DNA of 64,000 nt from assembly GCA_903879985.1 (NCBI GenBank), contig CAIRNR010000004.1, positions 96,762 to 160,761 of the forward strand, in the 5' to 3' direction. The notes beneath the pieces were generated by a model that searched no databases, was not told the origin of the DNA, and saw only the letters and a list, made by a program, of their open reading frames with translations. The translations under genes and the position numbers were made by a program. Below are positions 10,177-18,976 of the stretch, in pieces. This stretch comes from an uncultured candidate division WWE3 bacterium. Its GTDB lineage: Bacteria; Patescibacteriota; WWE3; UBA101185; UBA10185. Each line of letters starts with the position of its first letter. Positions within the stretch are counted from its first letter, which is position 1.

Positions 10177-10806
10177 GTGGCAAAGAAACAAAAATTTGAC
10201 TTCTTGTATTTTGATATTGGGAAGACGCTTTTTAATTACGATAACAGTATCGAGCGCATTTCCTCCAAACTGGGTATGGATCCCATCGTGTGCCAGAAGC
10301 TTTGGGAAATTGCTAACCCCGAAATGTATTTGGGGCATATGACCATGGCAACCTTTGAAAAATCTCTCACGGCTGTCTCCAAATACAAAGGCCCTGATTT
10401 TGACTTTATGGGACTCTGGATGGAGGGTTACACTTGTTTCCCTGGTATGTACCAGCTTCTTGTAGAGCTCACGGCGCATTATCGCATGGGCGTAATCAGC
10501 AACCTTTACGACGGGCAATTCAAAAAAGCAGAGGAAATGGATTTGCTTCCTGTAATAAATTGGGACGCACGAATTTTCTCACACGCCGCCCATATTGCCA
10601 AACCGGACACGCTTCTTTTCGAAATCGCGGAAATACGTGCACGGATCAAAACCAAAACCGATTTGTCACCAAATCGGATTTTGCTTGTGGATGACACTTT
10701 ACAAAACATTCGTGCTGCGCAAAACAGAGGATGGCAAGTTTATTTATTTAACCCTGATTATCCCGACGCCTGCGCTAGCGAGCTGAAAGAAATGCTACTT
10801 CCGTAA
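10177..10806 (+). CDS. HAD-superfamily hydrolase
   Basis: HAD motif I FDIGKT (DxG..T) near the N-terminus and motif IV LVDDTLQNIRAAQNRG. G+C looks slightly higher than in the neighbouring genes. Confidence 0.6.
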   Translation: MAKKQKFDFLYFDIGKTLFNYDNSIERISSKLGMDPIVCQKLWEIANPEMYLGHMTMATFEKSLTAVSKYKGPDFDFMGLWMEGYTCFPGMYQLLVELTAHYRMGVISNLYDGQFKKAEEMDLLPVINWDARIFSHAAHIAKPDTLLFEIAEIRARIKTKTDLSPNRILLVDDTLQNIRAAQNRGWQVYLFNPDYPDACASELKEMLLP

Positions 10807-10833
10807 GTGCCAGGGTGAAAGTAAGAATACCAA

Positions 10834-10873
10834 AGCAGGTTATTGTTGAAAAACACTAGCCTGCTATTTTTTT
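10834..10873 (+). terminator. putative intrinsic terminator
   Basis: AGCAGG..(20-nt loop)..CCTGCT followed by a T7 run. The loop is long, so this is weak. Confidence 0.3.
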
Positions 10874-11560
10874 ATTCTTTTCAATTTCTTCTTTAATCAA
10901 TGCGTCTACCAGTTCAGGATTTTTGCGCGCTTTATATTCAATAATCGTCGATGAGTGATGCGCTTTATGATAATCCCAGCCCGTCGACATTAAATATCTC
11001 TCGTGAAGTTCATGAAGTAAAACAAAATCCATTTCGCTGGCGGCTAAGTCATCATCAAGCCAAACTTCATCAAAAGGAACAAAATCGTAAACAAAATGAT
11101 GTCCACCTTCGGTGTAGTCTATAAAATATAAATCACGTACGATCTCTCCGTTAACAACAAAGACTTTAACAGCATCAAAACCTTTTAATTCTTTAACATA
11201 TAATTCTTTTTTAAATTCCTTTGGCTTTTTCTCTACCTTTTCAATTTTTTGCATAAACGCTGATCTTTTACGTTGTATAGCTTCTTTCGCGTCGGCTTTA
11301 ACTATCGCTTTTTCGTAAGGCATGCCCTGTTCCATTAGTAACCACTCTAAAAGCATGTGATCGATAAAATATGAATCTTCCGTTGGAGTTTTTTCGTAAT
11401 CTATCCAAAGTTCGTGTGTAGGAATAAACGGAAACCTAAAATGTTGGCCAAAGTTTGTAAATTCGGCGTCCATGTTGCTTCTAATATATTTGCCGTCAAC
11501 TCGCCAAACTGTGAAGCCATCTACTTCTTGAATTTTTTCTATGTAAGGTTTGTTGGGCAT
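10856..11560 (-). CDS. hypothetical protein
   Basis: ORF with no recognised motif. Confidence 0.45.
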   Translation of the reverse strand: MPNKPYIEKIQEVDGFTVWRVDGKYIRSNMDAEFTNFGQHFRFPFIPTHELWIDYEKTPTEDSYFIDHMLLEWLLMEQGMPYEKAIVKADAKEAIQRKRSAFMQKIEKVEKKPKEFKKELYVKELKGFDAVKVFVVNGEIVRDLYFIDYTEGGHHFVYDFVPFDEVWLDDDLAASEMDFVLLHELHERYLMSTGWDYHKAHHSSTIIEYKARKNPELVDALIKEEIEKNKKIAG

Positions 11561-11566
11561 GATTAA

Positions 11567-12232
11567 TTATTTAAGAACTACAAAAGAATTTAAAAAAGTA
11601 TCAGCACCCTTTAACTCTTTTTCTTTAGACATTACTGAGACCATATAAATATAGAACATCGTGTCTCGTTTTTTGGCTATTAACATTCCTTTTGCGTAAA
11701 CATTGTTTGGGTAGTTGTATAACATAAAGTTTAGTTGACCGTTATATTTATTTGCGTCATACGTAGGTGGTTCCGTGGAATTGTAGTCCTGATTACCCAA
11801 AGTATTTTTTAATATTGTTTCCAATAAAGCTTGATTAATTTCTTTTTTAAATGGCATAGGATAACCGAATGTTGTGACGACATAGGACTCTTTTAATGTT
11901 CCAAAGGAATAGTCGTTTCGTAAAACGCTGGTATCAGGTGAAGTTATACGTTGTTGTTCGGGTTTTCCGTTGAAGTTTGCAGAGAACCCGTCAACATAGG
12001 ATGTGAATTTGTTATCGGAATCAATGGTTGTTGCTGGTGAACTTTCTGATGTGACTGTGCCTGCAGTGCTTAATTTATTTTCAGAAGTCGTATCAGTTGA
12101 TTTAAGGACCCCTTTAAAAGATAAATAGTCACGTAAGCCAAACGCTGCAAGAACTAAAACAACCACTACAACTAATGCGGAAGTCCAGTATTTAAGTGCC
12201 AGAGTTCTAATTTTAATTAGTTGTAGTCGCAT
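11567..12232 (-). CDS. hypothetical membrane-anchored protein (paralogue of 12233..12955)
   Basis: N-terminal TM. The C-terminal half aligns with the neighbouring ORF (..KGMLIAKKRDTMFYIYMVSVMS..FLNSFVVLK versus ..KGMLVTRTRDNEFFVYIVSVVS..FLNSFELTD). Confidence 0.5.
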   Translation of the reverse strand: MRLQLIKIRTLALKYWTSALVVVVVLVLAAFGLRDYLSFKGVLKSTDTTSENKLSTAGTVTSESSPATTIDSDNKFTSYVDGFSANFNGKPEQQRITSPDTSVLRNDYSFGTLKESYVVTTFGYPMPFKKEINQALLETILKNTLGNQDYNSTEPPTYDANKYNGQLNFMLYNYPNNVYAKGMLIAKKRDTMFYIYMVSVMSKEKELKGADTFLNSFVVLK

Positions 12233-12955
12233 TTAATCAGTAAGTTCGAAGGAATTCAAGAAATTAGCAGCGCCTTTAGGTTCTTTATCGAATGACACAA
12301 CAGATACTATATATACAAAGAATTCGTTATCTCTGGTTCTGGTTACAAGCATACCTTTTATGTATTCGCCTCTTGTAGAGTTATACATTAAAAAGTGTAA
12401 GGTGCCGTTACCAAAATATGGATCAAAGGTTGTTGGTTCGGCAACTGTAAGGTTTTGCGTTGTTAAAACATTATTCAGTATGGAATCAAGAGATTCTTTA
12501 GTTATATCTTTTGTAGGAAGTGTTGGGTAAGTTAAAGCGATTATTGCGTAGTCATCACCCATATACGAAAGTGAATAATCCGTTCTTAATGCGTTAGAAC
12601 CTGGTGAAGCTACCTGGTTTTGTGTTGGTTCACCGTTAAAATCCACTGAGAATGAGTTAACATAGGACCTAAATTTTGTAGAACTGTCATCGGTTGAAAA
12701 TGCCGATCTAGTTGGTACCGGAGTGTCGGTTGGGATTGGGAAGTTTTCGCTAAATTTGTCGGCAACAACTTTTGGATCCTTAGAATCCACGGTTATAACT
12801 TTTGTTTTACCGTTAGCGTCTATTCCGACGATTTTGGTCTTAAAAGCGTCACTAAGTACAGTAAATCCGTAAAAACCTACGGCTATAAATACGACTACGG
12901 CTAAAATAATTAATACGGTAAAGGAATATAAAGTTACATTAGTTTTTTTGGTCAT
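12233..12955 (-). CDS. hypothetical membrane-anchored protein (paralogue of 11567..12232)
   Basis: N-terminal TM. Shares the C-terminal domain with the adjacent ORF, indicating a tandem duplication. Confidence 0.5.
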   Translation of the reverse strand: MTKKTNVTLYSFTVLIILAVVVFIAVGFYGFTVLSDAFKTKIVGIDANGKTKVITVDSKDPKVVADKFSENFPIPTDTPVPTRSAFSTDDSSTKFRSYVNSFSVDFNGEPTQNQVASPGSNALRTDYSLSYMGDDYAIIALTYPTLPTKDITKESLDSILNNVLTTQNLTVAEPTTFDPYFGNGTLHFLMYNSTRGEYIKGMLVTRTRDNEFFVYIVSVVSFDKEPKGAANFLNSFELTD

Positions 12956-13004
12956 TATGTTTAAATGTTAACGGGTATTAGCCTATATGTAAATAACTTT
13001 GCGC

Positions 13005-13565
13005 TCACCAATGATACCTATCACAAATCACAGGCAAGTCAGGCCTACTAATTATTTCTTTCATTAAATCATCACTGCCTTCAACATATAATACGTCGTT
13101 ACCAGAAATAAATTGTTTTAGTTTCCCGTAAGTTTCCATTGAATAAAATCTTTGAGCACCATCTGTAAGTATGTCTGCGCCCAGCGACTTGTAATAATCG
13201 CTTAATTTTGGATTGCAAAATCCTATGGCGGTTTTAGCGTGTTCTTTTGCGTACTTAACCATTTCTTTTAGAATAATCCCTCCATAACCCATTTTTGGAA
13301 CAAAGGATATCAAAGTTGCCAATCCTAAAACTTCGAATTCTTTGTTATCGAAAACAATTTTTACGTTGTGAAATCTGGCAAATGCCGTAAATTTATTTGA
13401 AGAGTCCTATAGCATAAAATACAGTTTTTCCCAATCTTCGTTTTCCGGTAATGGTTTAATTACACTTTTTGAATTGAAGTGTTTTACTCGCGCATCATTA
13501 ATTATTTTGAGTTCTGGTTGCGTTAGCTCTTTGCCCGGTTTTATTTTAAGGGTGTATTCAGGCAT
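13005..13565 (-). pseudogene. GNAT-like acetyltransferase interrupted by one in-frame TAG
   Basis: ATG at 13565 with a single continuous frame down to 13005, apart from a TAG at 13409..13407 (..EKLYFML*DSSNKFTAFARFHNVKIV..). The downstream part contains a GNAT motif-A-like VPKMGYGGIIL. TAG is used as a genuine stop elsewhere in the window (17087..17089). Confidence 0.45.
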
Positions 13566-13568
13566 TTT

Positions 13569-13973
13569 TTATAAACCTAATTTAGTAGCTATCAGGTATG
13601 TTACACAGGTTACTGTAGCCGATAACGATGTGCCCCATAATAGATCCACAAGTGTAACTATTAAGGGCCAGTTTTTAACGGTTGCTAAATTAGTTAGATC
13701 GTATGTTGAGTAAGTTGCTAATCCAAATAGTGCCCCCATTAAAACTGCCGATATCAATGAATGTTTAAGCAAGCTTGGCTCTATAACCAATAGAACAAGT
13801 CCCACAATAAATATTAAGTAAAAAATTAGCGCTGCAATTAAGTTTGGTTGTTCTGCCATTAAAAACCCAATGTGAGCTTTGTAAAATTTAGGAGCAACAA
13901 ATATAAGCCAGACAGAGTCTATTAGTAATAATACTGGTAAGGCGATGCCGTATAGTTTAAGAAAAGTTATCAT
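13569..13973 (-). CDS. hypothetical polytopic membrane protein
   Basis: Four predicted TM helices. No motif recognised. Confidence 0.45.
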   Translation of the reverse strand: MITFLKLYGIALPVLLLIDSVWLIFVAPKFYKAHIGFLMAEQPNLIAALIFYLIFIVGLVLLVIEPSLLKHSLISAVLMGALFGLATYSTYDLTNLATVKNWPLIVTLVDLLWGTSLSATVTCVTYLIATKLGL

Positions 13974-14024
13974 ATGATTAAATGTTACTCCATCAGCTTA
14001 ATTATTTCATCACACTGAATTTAC

Positions 14025-14951
14025 TTATTGCGAAAATTTAGATCCATTAAGGCTTCCGTCATTATTGTAGCCTTTGCTTTCCCAAAAACCTTTGTAATTA
14101 GTATCACTTGATAATTCGATTTTAGTTATCCATTTTATCCACTTATAACCCCATTTCTGCTCGGCAACTAATTGAAAGGGAAAACCTCTTTCAGGTGGCA
14201 GTTCTACACCATTCAATATATATGCCAACATAATATTATTTTGAAGAACGTAGTCTAGTGGAAAGGAAGTTGAATAGCCGTCGGCAGCATAAAATATAAT
14301 AGTTGTAGCCTTGGGATCAATTTGTGAGTTTTTCAAAATGTCTTTAACCAATACTCCTTGCCATAAGGCCTTAACACTCCAACCTTCCACACAGTTGAGA
14401 GTTACTACTTTTTTGTAATTGGGTAAACCGACAATATCATTGTAACTATATGATGTCGGCGATGTTACCAAGCCACTTACTTGCAGTTTATAAGATTCTT
14501 TATTGATATACTGCACGCCTTTAATAGAATTTTCTCTAAAATCATTTACGGAACCCAACTTCTCTCCGTTATAATCATTAATTTCTACTGCCGAAAGATT
14601 TATAACCTGTTTAGATCTTAGGTAGTTCGAAAGTAAAAATAGTGCACTTCCCAAGAGAAAAATACTACAGATAACTATAAATGCACGAAAAATCGCATTT
14701 TTAGATAGTTGATAGTTTCCAATAAACGCTTTAACTAAACCTTCTCTCTTTAAAATAAGGTGTACAAGAATAAGTGCGGCTAAAATTATTCCGCTCCAAT
14801 CATGAATAACAGCTATTTTTGATGCTGGAAGGTAGTTATATATAAACAGAAAGTATCTTGCGAATTCCGGAAATCTTATGATGCCAGTGAATGCCAAAAA
14901 TAAAGTGTCGATAAACATACAAACTATACTAAGACGTTTAATAATGTGCAT
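14025..14951 (-). CDS. membrane-anchored molybdopterin-dependent oxidoreductase (sulfite-oxidase/MsrP-like Oxidored_molyb domain)
   Basis: C-terminal domain with the TLNCVEGWSVKALWQGVLVKDIL signature (CxEGWS) of Mo-cofactor oxidoreductases, preceded by an N-terminal module of about 4 TM helices. Confidence 0.5.
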   Translation of the reverse strand: MHIIKRLSIVCMFIDTLFLAFTGIIRFPEFARYFLFIYNYLPASKIAVIHDWSGIILAALILVHLILKREGLVKAFIGNYQLSKNAIFRAFIVICSIFLLGSALFLLSNYLRSKQVINLSAVEINDYNGEKLGSVNDFRENSIKGVQYINKESYKLQVSGLVTSPTSYSYNDIVGLPNYKKVVTLNCVEGWSVKALWQGVLVKDILKNSQIDPKATTIIFYAADGYSTSFPLDYVLQNNIMLAYILNGVELPPERGFPFQLVAEQKWGYKWIKWITKIELSSDTNYKGFWESKGYNNDGSLNGSKFSQ

Positions 14952-15016
14952 ACATTTATCTTAACATTTATATATTTTACAGGTTGCCAAATTAAACAAT
15001 ATGCTAAAATCTATAA

Positions 15017-15877
15017 ATGCAAGATCCTACACAATCTCAGTCTAAAACGTTGGTAGAAAAACTTAATGAGTGGGTAGATACCAATCAAGAAACACCTACA
15101 GGTGTCAGTTATAATACATATTCAACTAATACGCGTGGTAAAGATACAGAAGGTAGTTACCTAATATATTTTCCGCCAACTTATGAGAAAGATGTAAACA
15201 GAAGATATCCTGTTTTATTTTGGCTCCATGGTGGCAATGGAACAGCACGTGAAGGTGTTTGGGCGATTCAGAATTATTCCCGTGCCATTAACGAAGGTAA
15301 AATACCGGAAGTAATTATTGTTTCAGTGCAAGCCTTACCTATTGGCAGATATTTAAACTCAAAAGATGGGAAGCAACCTATTGAAGATGTCATTATTAAA
15401 GATCTTATTCCACATATTGATAGTACATACAGAACAATTACCCACAGAGAAAACAGGTGGATTGAGGGAATGTCTATGGGTGGGTATGGTGCGTTGAGAT
15501 TTGGATTTAAATATCCTGATTTATTCGGCGTGGTATCCGCAATTGCTCCAAGTATCTTGCGAAATCTAACTGAAGAACCCGAGGAAGTAGGCGTTTCGTT
15601 TGGAAATAGCCAAGAATATTTTGAAGAAGTTGGCCCTTGGCATATAGCGGAAGTAAACGCAGAAAAATTTTTACAAAATAAAAACAGATTAAGGATATTT
15701 ATAGGAGATAACGATATCAGGCTATTACAGTCAGTACGCAATTATCATCGATTATTATCGGATCTAAAAGTATCAACCGATTATAAAGAGATTCCAGGGG
15801 CAAATCATATTTATGCTGAGGTAGCCACAAATTGCGGTGACGAATTTTTCACTTTTTGGAAAACAGCTTTAAATTAA
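15017..15877 (+). CDS. alpha/beta-hydrolase esterase
   Basis: GxSxG nucleophile elbow (EGMSMGGYGAL) and the FWLHGGNG oxyanion region of the putative-esterase family. Confidence 0.6.
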   Translation: MQDPTQSQSKTLVEKLNEWVDTNQETPTGVSYNTYSTNTRGKDTEGSYLIYFPPTYEKDVNRRYPVLFWLHGGNGTAREGVWAIQNYSRAINEGKIPEVIIVSVQALPIGRYLNSKDGKQPIEDVIIKDLIPHIDSTYRTITHRENRWIEGMSMGGYGALRFGFKYPDLFGVVSAIAPSILRNLTEEPEEVGVSFGNSQEYFEEVGPWHIAEVNAEKFLQNKNRLRIFIGDNDIRLLQSVRNYHRLLSDLKVSTDYKEIPGANHIYAEVATNCGDEFFTFWKTALN

Positions 15878-15879
15878 TT

Positions 15880-15935
15880 TGGTGGGCCCAATAGGGGTCG
15901 AACCTATGACCTTTCGGATGTGAGTCCATCGCCTC
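15880..15935 (-). pseudogene. tRNA 3'-half remnant (anticodon-loop to CCA)
   Basis: The reverse complement reads ..CTCACATCCGAAAGGTCATAGGTTCGACCCCTATTGGGCCCACCA. It has a perfect T-arm and acceptor 3' strand plus CCA, but no 5' acceptor or D-arm partner. Confidence 0.5.
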
Positions 15936-15944
15936 AATTAAATC

Positions 15945-16021
15945 TGGTGGGCGGTGCGGGGATCGAACCTGCGACCTTTCGGATGTAAACCGAATGCTCT
16001 AACCAGCTGAGCTAACCGCCC
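15945..16021 (-). tRNA. tRNA-Val (anticodon UAC)
   Basis: GGGCGGTTAGCTCAGCTGGTTAGAGCATTCGGTTTACATCCGAAAGGTCGCAGGTTCGATCCCCGCACCGCCCACCA. Perfect acceptor, anticodon loop TTTACAT, encoded CCA. Confidence 0.85.
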
Positions 16022-16032
16022 AGATTTAATTT

Positions 16033-16064
16033 AAACGAATGCTACCCAACTGAGCTAACTCCCC
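16033..16064 (-). pseudogene. tRNA 5'-half remnant (acceptor + D-arm)
   Basis: The reverse complement reads GGGGAGTTAGCTCAGTTGGGTAGCATTCGTTT, which resembles the 5' half of the adjacent tRNA-Val and then breaks off. Confidence 0.4.
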
Positions 16065-16135
16065 AAATTGCACAATACTAAAGACATTTTACCAAGATTA
16101 TTTAAATTTGCACCATTTTCTGTTTAAATTAGAGT

Positions 16136-17089
16136 GTGGCAAGAAGAAAACAACGTGCTAAAGATAACGATTTTTTACTATTAACGCTTCCTTTTTTGGC
16201 GGTAGGAATTTTGACGTTTGTTTTTTTCTCCCAACGAGCCAAAATACAATTGCCAAATAGCCTTGCTGATATACCAAATACCCCTCTTATTGTTGAAAAT
16301 AAAATGTCCGCTGCCGATATAGAAGCTGCCAAAAAGATTCAGGGTATGCGGGATGACTTTGCTGTACTTTCTACTAAGATCAAGCAGGAAAGTGGCGTTT
16401 ACGGTTTGTATATTAAGGACGAAAATCGAAAAATTGATTTTAAATATAACGAATCAGGCGAGTTTTATGCTGCATCTCTATATAAATTGCCCATAGCTGC
16501 TGCAGCATTAAAAGCAATAGAAAAAGGAAAACTAACTAAAGATACAAAAATCACTTACCTACCATACGATTATTCTTCCGGTACAGGTGAAATTAACACA
16601 TATAATTATGGTATCGAACTGCGAACCGAAGATGTTTTAACAGAGCTTCTAAAAAATTCAGATAATACCGCTCAAAGCATGATTTTACGTCAGCTTGATT
16701 TTAACTACGTCGAGGATACATTTAGTGCGTTAGTTCCTGATCCAAAAACAAGCACATATTTTAGATACAACACTTCCACGGCCTATGAAGTAGGTTACGT
16801 TGTAGATCAACTTTACTTTGGAAAATATCTAAATAGTGATAGCAAAGTGTTTTTAAAGGACACGTTAATTGGTACATCTTTTGAGGATCGTATAAGTGCT
16901 TACTTAAAACCGGGCCTTAAGTTTTCTCACAAAATAGGAAGCTGGCCTGAAACATGGCACGATTGTGGTGTAGTATATGGCAAATACGATCAAGTTGTAG
17001 TTTGTTTAATGAGCACCAGTGCTCCGTATGAAAACTTTTTAAACGTGTCCAAGCAGGTTGGAGAATTTATTTCTAAATATTATGAGTAG
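16136..17089 (+). CDS. class A beta-lactamase-like / penicillin-binding-protein-family serine hydrolase, membrane-anchored
   Basis: N-terminal TM anchor, then S-x-x-K (ASLYK), SDN (NSDNTAQ) and K(T/S)G-like (KIGSW) motifs in the canonical order. Ends with a TAG stop. Confidence 0.6.
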   Translation: MARRKQRAKDNDFLLLTLPFLAVGILTFVFFSQRAKIQLPNSLADIPNTPLIVENKMSAADIEAAKKIQGMRDDFAVLSTKIKQESGVYGLYIKDENRKIDFKYNESGEFYAASLYKLPIAAAALKAIEKGKLTKDTKITYLPYDYSSGTGEINTYNYGIELRTEDVLTELLKNSDNTAQSMILRQLDFNYVEDTFSALVPDPKTSTYFRYNTSTAYEVGYVVDQLYFGKYLNSDSKVFLKDTLIGTSFEDRISAYLKPGLKFSHKIGSWPETWHDCGVVYGKYDQVVVCLMSTSAPYENFLNVSKQVGEFISKYYE

Positions 17090-17375
17090 TACATTTCAAA
17101 GAACAATCGAAAATTTTGTATGTGAGAATTGCGGATACAGTGTTGAGGGAAATGGTTATACAAATCACTGTCCTAAATGTTTATGGAGCAAACACGTTGA
17201 TGTAAATCCAGGCGATCGTTTAAACGATTGCAAAGGTTTAATGAAACCAATTAGTTTTGAAATTAAAAATGGCGAAACTATTTTGTCACAGAAATGTGTG
17301 GTTTGCGGAGATGTTCGTCGCATAAAACTACTGCCAGGCGATAACACCGAAGTGCTATTTCAAATTGGCGTCTAA
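17082..17375 (+). CDS. zinc-ribbon protein
   Basis: Two CxxC pairs plus a third (CENCGYS..CPKC..CVVCG). The ATG at 17082 overlaps the upstream stop. Confidence 0.45.
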   Translation: MSSTFQRTIENFVCENCGYSVEGNGYTNHCPKCLWSKHVDVNPGDRLNDCKGLMKPISFEIKNGETILSQKCVVCGDVRRIKLLPGDNTEVLFQIGV

Positions 17376-17427
17376 ACAGGCCTAAAAACACCCTAAATAA
17401 CCATATAGTATACAAATAGGATATATG

Positions 17428-17436
17428 TGGTACAAT
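17428..17436 (+). promoter_or_regulatory. extended -10 element (TGgTACAAT) upstream of the RRM-protein gene
   Basis: TGnTAnAAT lies about 115 nt upstream of ATG 17552, which implies a long 5' leader. Confidence 0.3.
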
Positions 17437-17551
17437 GTTTTTGCTCTAGTGACGTTAGAAGTATTACGAGTTTGTCTCTTATGTATTTCCCGCTCCTTAG
17501 AGTTAGTTGTATGCAAGTATTTTATACAAAATCGAAGGGCGGTGATATTAA

Positions 17552-17827
17552 ATGACCAAATTATACGTGGGTAACTTATCCTATTCTATGACCGATTCTA
17601 CCTTAGCCGACGCTTTCGCCGCCTATGGAACAGTCGCTTCAGCTACTATTATAATGGATAGAGCTTCAGGAAGAAGTAAAGGTTTCGGTTTCGTCGAATT
17701 AGAAGATGACGCAGCAGCTCAATCAGCTATTAACGAAATGAACGGTAAGGATGTTGACGGACGCAAGATCTCAGTATCAGTCGCTAGACCTCAAGAAGAT
17801 AGACCAAGAAATAACTTCAGAAGATAA
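17552..17827 (+). CDS. RRM-type RNA-binding protein
   Basis: RNP-2 (LYVGNL) and RNP-1 (KGFGFVEL) motifs. 91 aa, like bacterial Rbp proteins. Confidence 0.8.
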   Translation: MTKLYVGNLSYSMTDSTLADAFAAYGTVASATIIMDRASGRSKGFGFVELEDDAAAQSAINEMNGKDVDGRKISVSVARPQEDRPRNNFRR

Positions 17828-17856
17828 TCTCGTTACGCTTTGACGTCTGATAAAAA

Positions 17857-17883
17857 GGCCGGGCTTTTTAGCTCGGCCTTTTT
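17857..17883. terminator. rho-independent terminator (bidirectional position)
   Basis: GGCCGGGC-TTTTTA-GCTCGGCC followed by TTTTT. Lies between convergent genes. Confidence 0.6.
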
Positions 17884-17890
17884 CGTTGTG

Positions 17891-18328
17891 TTAAAGTATA
17901 GCCTCTTCAAGACTTTTGGATGTACGACCAAAGAAGTATGGTAGCCATGGTTTATACGATTTATATATCTTCAAATACGTGAATATATCTATTACAAAAT
18001 TAATCAAAAATCCCAGGAACAAATAATAAATGCTGTTATGTGTAAGATAAGAAAGTATCAAGGCGATGCTTAAAAACTGAAAAGTATGAAAAATATATAA
18101 ATGTGGCCTATGAAGCCTAAACTCATGCCTAAAAAACTTTATCATTCCCGAATAAGTATGGTATTTAGCCAAATAATATAAAACGTGGTCAAGATCGATA
18201 ATAAACGAACCGGCAATTATTAGTATGGTTTGAGCGTATGAGAATCTGAAAAGTAAGGCTGCACCCAGTGGAGTTATGAAGTTTATCGCAAATTCGAGTA
18301 GGATTTTTTTGTTTAGTTTAGATAGCAC
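17891..18328 (-). CDS. hypothetical membrane protein with DxDHxLY motif (DUF457-like putative membrane metal-dependent hydrolase)
   Basis: Polytopic membrane protein. IIDLDHVLYYL resembles motifs of LexA-regulon membrane hydrolase-like proteins. The paralogue 55332..55814 carries FPDGDHLLYWF. Confidence 0.35.
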   Translation of the reverse strand: MLSKLNKKILLEFAINFITPLGAALLFRFSYAQTILIIAGSFIIDLDHVLYYLAKYHTYSGMIKFFRHEFRLHRPHLYIFHTFQFLSIALILSYLTHNSIYYLFLGFLINFVIDIFTYLKIYKSYKPWLPYFFGRTSKSLEEAIL

Positions 18329-18696
18329 TTCTTTTATATTACTATAAACGATAGTATTCTAAAAACATGCTGCATTTTATATTGAGTGCAATAAGTCTTC
18401 CTTTTGAATTCCTCTTTGCCTTTCTCGTATTAGCTTTTCCCTACTATGTTGTTCGTCTTCTACTAGAAAGAGAGAATGCTCAAAAGAATAAGAGAGATTG
18501 AGACTTAAATGAAAAAGAGTATTGTTTATCTATGGATAAGAACGATTATTCTTCGATGCGTTTTGTTGTAGGTGCATGTTTTGGTGGCGGGCTTGCGCTT
18601 GTCATTCAAGTAATAAATCTTTTGCATTTAAATCCATTTATTAAGTAATAATATTCAAGCGTGAAAAGTTTAGTCACCTATAAGTAAGGGATTACA

Positions 18697-18772
18697 TGGT
18701 GGGAAGAGTGGGAGTCGGACCCACATAGCCGGTTTTTCAGACCGGTGCCGTGACCACCTTGGCTATCTTCCC
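18697..18772 (-). tRNA. tRNA-Phe (anticodon GAA)
   Basis: GGGAAGATAGCC..CCGGTCTGAAAAACCGG..GTGGGTCCGACTCCCACTCTTCCCACCA. Anticodon loop CTGAAAA. The unusual T-loop TCCGACT lowers confidence slightly. Confidence 0.75.
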
Positions 18773-18775
18773 TTA

Positions 18776-18850
<75 letters not shown>

Positions 18851-18865
18851 ACGAATGCAATGAGT

Positions 18866-18895
18866 GCGAGTGCGCGACGAAGTCGCAACTCTCGC
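18866..18895. other. conserved hairpin motif upstream of the tRNA-Gly/Phe operon
   Basis: GCGAG-TGCGCGACGAAGTCGCAAC-TCTCGC, with an inner GCGAC/GTCGC hairpin. A near-identical core with a different but still complementary outer stem occurs at 31195..31225. Confidence 0.4.
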
Positions 18896-18976
18896 GAACT
18901 ACAAAAGCTTACACATTATATTGATACCAGCCCAAAAAGTCCAGAAGCCAGCCTAAGAGGTACGTACATAGCTATT

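Noticed and set aside
13407-13409. In-frame TAG considered as evidence of stop-codon reassignment
   Set aside because: TAG terminates the clearly delimited beta-lactamase-like gene (17087..17089), whose successor begins 8 nt upstream of the stop. The window therefore uses the standard code for TAG.
13474-13713. 79-aa plus-strand ORF
   Set aside because: Overlaps the 5' part of the interrupted GNAT frame and the adjacent membrane-protein gene on the opposite strand. No RBS.
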